The position numbers and the translations under genes are program-made. Below, piece after piece: positions 26,596 to 32,000 of a stretch of DNA of 32,000 nt. The notes beneath the pieces are model-generated. The model did not search any database, had not been told where the DNA came from, and saw nothing but the letters and a program-made list of their open reading frames with translations. The stretch comes from Candidatus Electrothrix yaqonensis (lineage in GTDB: Bacteria; Desulfobacterota; Desulfobulbia; Desulfobulbales; Desulfobulbaceae): assembly GCA_047651235.1 (NCBI GenBank), contig CP178758.1, forward strand, positions 1,770,001 through 1,802,000, written 5' to 3'. Within the stretch, counting starts at the first letter, position 1, and every line of letters starts with the position of its first letter.

Positions 26596-26846
26596 GATTC
26601 AGCCCTCCCTGTAATCTTTGACATTGAGGGCAAAGCGGGATAAACAGAGAACAGCCTGATCCTGTCAGAGGAAGGGTGAGCATTCCGGGGCCGACTGCCT
26701 GCCAGCTTGACAGCCTCGGAATGCGCTTTCCTGTTGATACTTCGCTTGAATCTGTGTATAATCTTTTTAGTTGACCTTGCCCGGTTATGTTTTAGCCGCT
26801 GATCCCGTCCCGGATCATGCGGCTTTTCTCTTTCTCTTGCCTTCAT
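26592..26846 (-). CDS. Highly basic 84-aa hypothetical protein
   Basis: ATGA overlaps at both ends (26843-26846 with alpA and 26592-26595 with the primase) argue for real, translationally coupled expression. No motif was recognised. Confidence 0.5.
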   Translation of the reverse strand: MKAREREKPHDPGRDQRLKHNRARSTKKIIHRFKRSINRKAHSEAVKLAGSRPRNAHPSSDRIRLFSVYPALPSMSKITGRAES

Positions 26847-27052
26847 GCTGCCGCCTCCTGTTCAACCTTCGGCAATCCGTCAATCCATTCCTGAATGTCA
26901 TCGGATCGCCACGCCACCGAACGACTTCCCAGCCGAACCGCTGCCGGAAAGTCTCCGGTCTTGATTCTGGCATAAATGGCAGATTTCTTTAATCCGGTGG
27001 CCTGTTCCACCTGCCCCAATCTGAGCAGAACTGCTTTCATTGCTGCTTCCAT
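26843..27052 (-). CDS. alpA: AlpA family transcriptional regulator/excisionase-like protein
   Basis: 69 aa with the motif LLRLGQVEQATGLKKSAIYARIKTGDFPAAVRLGSRSVAWRSDDIQEWI, typical of AlpA/Prophage CP4-57 regulatory proteins. Confidence 0.85.
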   Translation of the reverse strand: MEAAMKAVLLRLGQVEQATGLKKSAIYARIKTGDFPAAVRLGSRSVAWRSDDIQEWIDGLPKVEQEAAA

Positions 27053-27141
27053 GTTTGTACCTCTTGGTTGTTATGGTGCGTTACGCACCGTTATGGATTT
27101 CGTTTCATCTTTCTTCACTATAAGAGGTTGTTTTAAAAAAG

Positions 27142-27188
27142 AAAGCCGCCAAACCAGCAAAATCAAGAGCTGTTGGTTTGGCGGCTTT
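27142..27188 (-). terminator. Rho-independent terminator (15-bp stem), potentially bidirectional
   Basis: AAAGCCGCCAAACCA-N17-TGGTTTGGCGGCTTT. On the minus strand it is followed by CTTTTTTAAAA, and on the plus strand by AATTTCTTC. Confidence 0.6.
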
Positions 27189-27220
27189 AATTTCTTCTGT
27201 TTCAAGGCGTTACCTTGAAG

Positions 27221-27259
27221 AAAAAAGAACCAGCAGAACCAGCGTTGTTACTGGTTCTG
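27221..27259 (-). terminator. Rho-independent terminator after the 27284 gene
   Basis: CAGAACCAG-N8-CTGGTTCTG, followed on the minus strand by CTGGTTCTTTTTTC. Confidence 0.6.
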
Positions 27260-27283
27260 TCAGGCGACAATGTTTGTTAAAGG

Positions 27284-28021
27284 CTAGTTCTTCATCTTAG
27301 GTGGAAGCCCTTTGTGGATTTGCAGAGCCATTGGTCTATTTATTCCCCGCTCTTTGGCCTGCTGAACGACATCATCACGGGTGTACTTCAGGTATTCTTC
27401 TCTGCCTTCACAGGGCATAGCCTCCATGACTAAGGAGCAGCACAGCTCAAATGCTTTGGGAAGTTGATCTTTGAGTGTATTCACACTCTTTGTTATTGCG
27501 CTTTTTTCCTGCCCCTTCAATCCATCCGGGTACATTTTAGGGGTGAGTAATTTCAAAATTTCAGCCAGAGAATAATCTGAAGTTTTTTCTACCAATGATT
27601 CACTCTGTTCATCATCAGGGTGCATTCGTCCGGTTCTTTTAAGGGGATAATTATCCTTGAGCCATGATCGGAAGGAATGAGCCTCCAAGAAAAATTGCAA
27701 AGACAATATATAAGGTGAAAACGTATTAAGATAACTCTTAATAATCCCTTTTCGGCTATCGTCACACTCTGTGTATTCTCTTATTTCTACCGGATTACCC
27801 AGAGATTCTTGATAAGAATACAGCAGCTTATTGAGAACAACAGGGGCATCATTACGCTTAATTTTAAAATTAATTATTCCTTTATCAATAGCGGAAGCAA
27901 GTCTTTCTTTTTTCACAGCGTTTTCACCGTAAAACATACTGAACAATTTCCATCCTACCCATTCAACCTCTTCAAGCATGAACAGGTATTCTTCATAAGG
28001 CACATCTTTTTGAGATTTCAT
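27284..28021 (-). CDS. Island hypothetical protein (245 aa from ATG 28021; the track uses TTG 28039)
   Basis: Long ORF between int and alpA, followed by two terminators. No motif was recognised. Confidence 0.55.
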   Translation of the reverse strand: MKSQKDVPYEEYLFMLEEVEWVGWKLFSMFYGENAVKKERLASAIDKGIINFKIKRNDAPVVLNKLLYSYQESLGNPVEIREYTECDDSRKGIIKSYLNTFSPYILSLQFFLEAHSFRSWLKDNYPLKRTGRMHPDDEQSESLVEKTSDYSLAEILKLLTPKMYPDGLKGQEKSAITKSVNTLKDQLPKAFELCCSLVMEAMPCEGREEYLKYTRDDVVQQAKERGINRPMALQIHKGLPPKMKN

Positions 28022-28053
28022 TAAAACTATCCTGTGCAATCAAAAGAAAACAC

Positions 28054-29271
28054 TCAGGCAGCCGCAATACTTGTGCTCTGCTCCATTTCCTGTAATAAAT
28101 CCCCCCACCACTGCATCAGCTCCCGCCGCTGTTCAAGGTACTCGCTCCGATGGTATGCGGCCCTCACCTTGTTGCGCTGCTCATGAGCAAGGGCCTTTTC
28201 GATTACATCACCGTCAAAGCCTGATTCATTGGCTATGGTGGAGAAGACCGCCCGGAAGCCGTGAACCGTGGCCCTTGAATGGTAGCCCATACGATACAGG
28301 GCATAGAGCATGGTATTCTCTGAAAGCGGTTTAACTCCATCCCGACCGGGAAAGACAAGGCCCTCTTTGCCGTGAAGCCTCCCCATCTGCTCAATGATCG
28401 CCACGGCCTGCGTTGACAAGGGCACATTATGCGGATTATCCATTTTCATACGCTTGGCCGGTATGCGCCACAAGGCGGTGTCCAGGTTGATTTCATCCCA
28501 GGTAGCCCCCCGCGTTTCTCCGCTTCTGGCTGCTGTTAAGATGGTGAAGCGCAAGGCCGCTTTCGTGGTAATATCAATATCACCCTGCGCAAGGGTACGC
28601 ATGAACTCCGGCATCTCCTCCCGTGAAAGAGCGGCCCTATGTACCACCTTGCGCGTTTTCAAGGCCCCCTGCATATCAGCAGCCGGGTTATATGTGGCCC
28701 TGCCGGTCTGGACGGCAAAACGAAAGACTGCATTCATTCGTTGTAAAACCTTATGGGAAACTTCCAAGGCTCCCCGGCTCTCAATCTTCTTTACCACCTC
28801 AAGAACCATTGGCGGGGTAATCGCCTCAATCTGACTTTCTCCGATAAAGGGGAAAGCGTCACGCTCAAGAGTGCCCTGAACAGCCCTTGCATGGCCCCGG
28901 CTCCATCGCTCCCCTTGCTGCTCTATCCATTCACGGGCCACGGCTTCAAAGCTGTTTTGTGCCAGCTTACGTTCAGCGTGTTGTTGTTCAATGGCTGCTT
29001 GTTGTTCTTTTTGTCGCTCATGGGACGGATTTTTTCCCGCCTTGACCTGTTCCCGTGCTTCGGCTCTTGCCTTGCGGGCTTGTTCAAGGCTCATATCGGG
29101 ATACTCACCAAGAACACAGGTTGATTCTTTTCGATTCAGCTTGAACCGATACCGCCATGTTCTTTTCCCAGAGGTAGACACATGGAGATGAAGCCCCAGG
29201 CCGTCCGGCAGTTTGTAGGGTTTGTTTTTGGGTGATGCTTTGCGGACTTGAACAGCTGTAAGTTTTGGCAT
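28054..29271 (-). CDS. int: Tyrosine-type integrase, P4-like (DUF4102 N-domain plus phage integrase catalytic domain)
   Basis: I chose the start at ATG 29271. It reads MPKLTAVQVRKASPKNKPYKLPDGLGLHLHVSTSGKRTWRYRFK... Catalytic region: TAARSGETRGATWDEI, HGFRAVFST, LAHEQRNKVRAAYHRSEY. It lies 190 nt from the tRNA 3-prime end. Confidence 0.95.
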   Translation of the reverse strand: MPKLTAVQVRKASPKNKPYKLPDGLGLHLHVSTSGKRTWRYRFKLNRKESTCVLGEYPDMSLEQARKARAEAREQVKAGKNPSHERQKEQQAAIEQQHAERKLAQNSFEAVAREWIEQQGERWSRGHARAVQGTLERDAFPFIGESQIEAITPPMVLEVVKKIESRGALEVSHKVLQRMNAVFRFAVQTGRATYNPAADMQGALKTRKVVHRAALSREEMPEFMRTLAQGDIDITTKAALRFTILTAARSGETRGATWDEINLDTALWRIPAKRMKMDNPHNVPLSTQAVAIIEQMGRLHGKEGLVFPGRDGVKPLSENTMLYALYRMGYHSRATVHGFRAVFSTIANESGFDGDVIEKALAHEQRNKVRAAYHRSEYLEQRRELMQWWGDLLQEMEQSTSIAAA

Positions 29272-29460
29272 GACAGAGCCTGTTGAGGAAAGAGGGTATG
29301 TGGATTCGAGTGAGCTATACCCTCTTTTGTACCCTCTTTGTGTGGCGGATGTCAACGGAAAATAATGGACGAATCTGGAAGGCAAGACGCAAGAAATCCC
29401 GCTAACCAGTTAAGGTTGCGGGCTTTAATGGACTTCTATGGATGCTACTATACTAAAAAA

Positions 29461-29546
29461 TGGTGCCGAAGGCCGGAGTCGAACCGGCACGGGTGTAACC
29501 CACTACCCCCTCAAGATAGCGTGTCTACCAATTCCACCACTTCGGC
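29461..29546 (-). tRNA. tRNA-Leu (anticodon GAG), type II with a long variable arm, CCA encoded
   Basis: The minus strand reads GCCGAAGTGGTGGAATTGGTAGACACGCTATCTTGAGGGGGTAGTGGGTTACACCCGTGCCGGTTCGACTCCGGCCTTCGGCACCA. It has a 7-bp acceptor stem, anticodon stem CTATC/GGTAG with loop TTGAGGG, and a GGTTCGA T-loop. It closely parallels E. coli tRNA-Leu. Confidence 0.9.
29469..29480. repeat. Proximal att repeat within the tRNA-Leu 3-prime half
   Basis: AAGGCCGGAGTC is identical to 10924-10935. Confidence 0.5.
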
Positions 29547-29572
29547 ACACAAGATTTCTCGTTCTTATTTAC

Positions 29573-30094
29573 TTATTCAACCTCACCCTGTTCCGGCGTT
29601 GTTTCTGTTTCCTGTTCAACCGGAGCCGTCTGTTGTTCGGCAGGAACTGTTTCAGGCTCAACAGATTCGTTTACCGGGTCTTCCGGAGCTATCGGTTCGG
29701 CTTCCGTCGTCGCCTCGCTCTGCTGTACAACAGGGGCAGGTTCAGCCTTTTCAATCTCCTCAACCTGCTTTTCCGTTCCCGGCATGGGGATGGTAACCGG
29801 CGTCTCTTCTTTTGCCGGAGCAGCAGCTTCCTGTACCGGCAGCTCACTCATAACCGATCCCGTACTCCTGTTTGCAGAAAGATAGGCCAAGGAGATTGAG
29901 GTGCCCATAAAAATAATCGCGGAAACCGTGGTTATCTTATTGAGCAGCGGTACCGGTCCTTCTGTCCCGAACAGGGACTGACCTGAGCCGCCGAAGGTGG
30001 CTCCGATATCAGCTCCCTTGCCGTGCTGCAACAGCACAATGGCGATCAGAAACAGAGAGACCAGAATATGTGTTATAATTAGCAGGGTTTCCAT
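29573..30094 (-). CDS. secG: Preprotein translocase subunit SecG with a long acidic/Pro-rich C-terminal extension
   Basis: 173 aa. The N-terminal 75 aa are canonical SecG (LFLIAIVLLQHGKGADIGATFGGSGQSLFG). The secG-tRNA-Leu linkage is conserved. Confidence 0.9.
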   Translation of the reverse strand: METLLIITHILVSLFLIAIVLLQHGKGADIGATFGGSGQSLFGTEGPVPLLNKITTVSAIIFMGTSISLAYLSANRSTGSVMSELPVQEAAAPAKEETPVTIPMPGTEKQVEEIEKAEPAPVVQQSEATTEAEPIAPEDPVNESVEPETVPAEQQTAPVEQETETTPEQGEVE

Positions 30095-30846
30095 GTAAAA
30101 TTAATTATCCTGTCAAATGACTCGGCCTGCAGAGATGCGCCGCCCACCAAGGCGCCATCAACATCCGGCTGCGCCATGAGTCTGTCAATATTCTCAGGTT
30201 TAACCGAGCCACCATACAATATCCTGACCGTATCGGCAAGAGTTTTTTCGTACAAATCATCAAGCATCCGCCGGACAAAGGCATGGGCCTCCTGAGCCTG
30301 CTCCGTGGTGGCGGTTTTGCCGGTGCCGATAGCCCAGACCGGCTCGTAGGCTACCACCACCCGGCTCATTTCATCCGGGTTGACGCCTCTCAGACCCTGG
30401 GTCAGCTGGTCTTCAAGAACTCTGAAGGTACGGCCTTGGTCCCGTTCCTCCAGGGTCTCGCCGATACAGAGGACGGGATCCAGATCAAAACGCAGGGCAC
30501 CCAGCATACGCCGGTTAACCATCGCGTTATCTTCACCGAAATCGTGCCTCCGCTCCGAATGCCCTAAAATAACCATATCTGCTCCGGCATCATGGAGCAT
30601 GGGCGGTGAGATTTCACCGGTATAAGCGCCCTCTTTGTCCCAGCAGACGTTCTGAGCCGCCACTCTGACCGGACTGTCGGCAACGGCCTGCCGGACATCG
30701 GACAGAGAGATAAAGGAAGGGGCGATCATCACCTCCCGGTCGGTCAGCCCCCTGCTTGATGCGGCCACTGCCGAGGCAAGCTCTGCAGCCTCTGCTCTGG
30801 TCAGGTGCATCTTCCAGTTTCCCGCAATCAACGGTTTTCGTGCCAT
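30079..30846 (-). CDS. tpiA: Triosephosphate isomerase
   Basis: 255 aa with the motifs LIAGNWKMH, ILGHSERR, AYEPVWAIGTG and YGGSVKPEN. Confidence 0.95.
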   Translation of the reverse strand: MARKPLIAGNWKMHLTRAEAAELASAVAASSRGLTDREVMIAPSFISLSDVRQAVADSPVRVAAQNVCWDKEGAYTGEISPPMLHDAGADMVILGHSERRHDFGEDNAMVNRRMLGALRFDLDPVLCIGETLEERDQGRTFRVLEDQLTQGLRGVNPDEMSRVVVAYEPVWAIGTGKTATTEQAQEAHAFVRRMLDDLYEKTLADTVRILYGGSVKPENIDRLMAQPDVDGALVGGASLQAESFDRIINFTWKPC

Positions 30847-30950
30847 ATTTTATCCTCCCAAGAAGATGGTATCGTTGTAAGAACCCTATTTTCGGTGCGG
30901 AGTTGCAGGGGCACGGCGCGCCGTGCCCTTACGGCATTCTGCAAAAAACG

Positions 30951-32000
30951 TTACCCTTCCAAAGCCGTCACACCGGGCAGTTCCTTGCCCTCCATGAGCA
31001 TGAGAAAGGCCCCGCCGCCGGTGGACATATAGGAAATATTATCCGCCTCTCCGGACAGCCGCACTGCGGCATTGGAATCTCCGCCGCCGGTGATGCTCAG
31101 GGCATGGGCTGAAGCCACGGTATGGGCCAGGGCCATCGTGCCTCTGGCAAAGGCGTCCATTTCAAAGGCGCCCATAGGGCCGTTCCAGACAATGGTCCGT
31201 GCGTCGGCCAGGACCTCAGAAAAACAGAGCACCGAGGCCGGGCCGATATCCAGAGCCATCCAGTTCTCCGGGATATCCTGGATCGTGACCTGTTTGCAGA
31301 CCGCATCCGGGGCAAAACGGTCAGCTACGATGACATCCACGGGCAGGTAGACCTTGACGCCTTTTTCCGCCGCATCGGCCAGCAGCTGACGGGCATTGTC
31401 CAGCAGGTCATCCTCCACCCTGGAAGCCCCCACCGAATATCCCTGACTTTTCAGAAAGGTATTGGCCATTGCTCCACCGATAAGCATCCGGTCCACCTTG
31501 CTCAGCATATTAGTCAGGGCCTCCAGTTTGCCGGAGACCTTGGCTCCGCCGACAATGGCGACCAGCGGTCGCTGCGGATCATCCACGGAACGATGGAAAC
31601 AGGTCATTTCTTTGTCCAACAGCAACCCGGCGCCTTTTTCCGAGCACAGGGCAGCGACTCCGACTGTTGAGGCATGGGCCCGATGGGAGACGGCAAAGGC
31701 ATCGTTAATATAGACATCAGCCAGCGCGGCCAGCTGTTTGGCGAATTCCGGCTCGTTGGCCTGCTCTTCGGCATGAAAACGCAGGTTTTCCAGCAGGATG
31801 ATTTCACCGTCGTTCATGGCGGCTACCGCGCTTTCCGCTTCCGGCCCGACGCAGTCCCGGGCCATGCGGACCGGCTTCTCCAGGATGCCGGACAGGTAGT
31901 GCGCAACCGGTGCGAGCGAATATTTTTGCACCCGCTGCCCCTTGGGGCGTCCCATGTGCGAGCAGAGGATCACCTTGGCCCCCTGCTCCAGAGCATACCC
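30951..32000 (-). CDS. pgk: Phosphoglycerate kinase (N-terminus beyond the window)
   Basis: It contains ILCSHMGRPKG, FAVSHRAHAS, VWNGPMGAFE and STGGGAFL. The frame stays open to the window edge. Confidence 0.95.
   Translation of the reverse strand, partial: GYALEQGAKVILCSHMGRPKGQRVQKYSLAPVAHYLSGILEKPVRMARDCVGPEAESAVAAMNDGEIILLENLRFHAEEQANEPEFAKQLAALADVYINDAFAVSHRAHASTVGVAALCSEKGAGLLLDKEMTCFHRSVDDPQRPLVAIVGGAKVSGKLEALTNMLSKVDRMLIGGAMANTFLKSQGYSVGASRVEDDLLDNARQLLADAAEKGVKVYLPVDVIVADRFAPDAVCKQVTIQDIPENWMALDIGPASVLCFSEVLADARTIVWNGPMGAFEMDAFARGTMALAHTVASAHALSITGGGDSNAAVRLSGEADNISYMSTGGGAFLMLMEGKELPGVTALEG

Larger units (their letters stand above)
10924..29480. mobile_element. tRNA-Leu-associated integrative island (P4/PICI-like: int, alpA, AEP-primase/SF3-helicase, TA cargo), about 18.5 kb including a nested element
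   Basis: The integrase lies next to the tRNA 3-prime end. The 12-bp direct repeat AAGGCCGGAGTC occurs at 10924-10935 and inside the tRNA T-arm/acceptor at 29469-29480. Conserved housekeeping genes lie directly outside both repeats. Confidence 0.55.

Noticed and set aside
29338-29899. Plus-strand ORFs of 152 and 153 aa spanning the tRNA-Leu and the secG antisense strand.
   Set aside because: They run through a well-folded tRNA gene and through the antisense of secG, so they are not credible coding sequence.

Overview
The window is bacterial chromosome with conserved core genes at both ends and a nested pair of mobile elements between them. From the look of the proteins the host may be Desulfobacterota/deltaproteobacteria-like; this is inference only.

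Left core, about 1-10.9 kb:
- A type IV pilus pilM-N-O-P operon plus a second PilP-like ORF, all on the minus strand.
- lepB, pyrB and pyrC on the plus strand.
- A zinc-ribbon membrane protein, an MscS-like channel, ruvC and yebC on the minus strand.

Right core, about 29.46-32 kb: tRNA-Leu(GAG), secG, tpiA and a partial pgk, all on the minus strand.

Island, about 10.92-29.48 kb (about 18.5 kb, between yebC and tRNA-Leu):
- It has P4/PICI-like architecture: tyrosine integrase, AlpA, and an AEP-primase/SF3-helicase.
- A 12-bp direct repeat of the tRNA 3-prime arm marks its ends.
- Its distal end carries two toxin-antitoxin-like modules. One is a 54-aa ORF with a GNAT acetyltransferase. The other is a Panacea/DUF4065-type protein with an oversized MazF/PemK-like protein.

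Nested element, about 15.32-24.38 kb (about 9.05 kb):
- It splits the island's primase-helicase gene just after the Walker A motif.
- It encodes a large serine recombinase and a small serine recombinase.
- It encodes a 479-aa protein with the Pol I/T7-RNAP motifs A, B and C, which looks like a minimal TV-Pol-like polymerase, next to a pure A/T tract.
- It also carries a co-directional cargo cluster of unknown function: a GIY-YIG protein, a 46-aa TM peptide, a TM-GAF protein, a SAM methyltransferase, a 65-aa ORF and a ComF-like phosphoribosyltransferase.

I saw no CRISPR array and no rRNA. All family calls come from motif recognition by eye; no searches were run.
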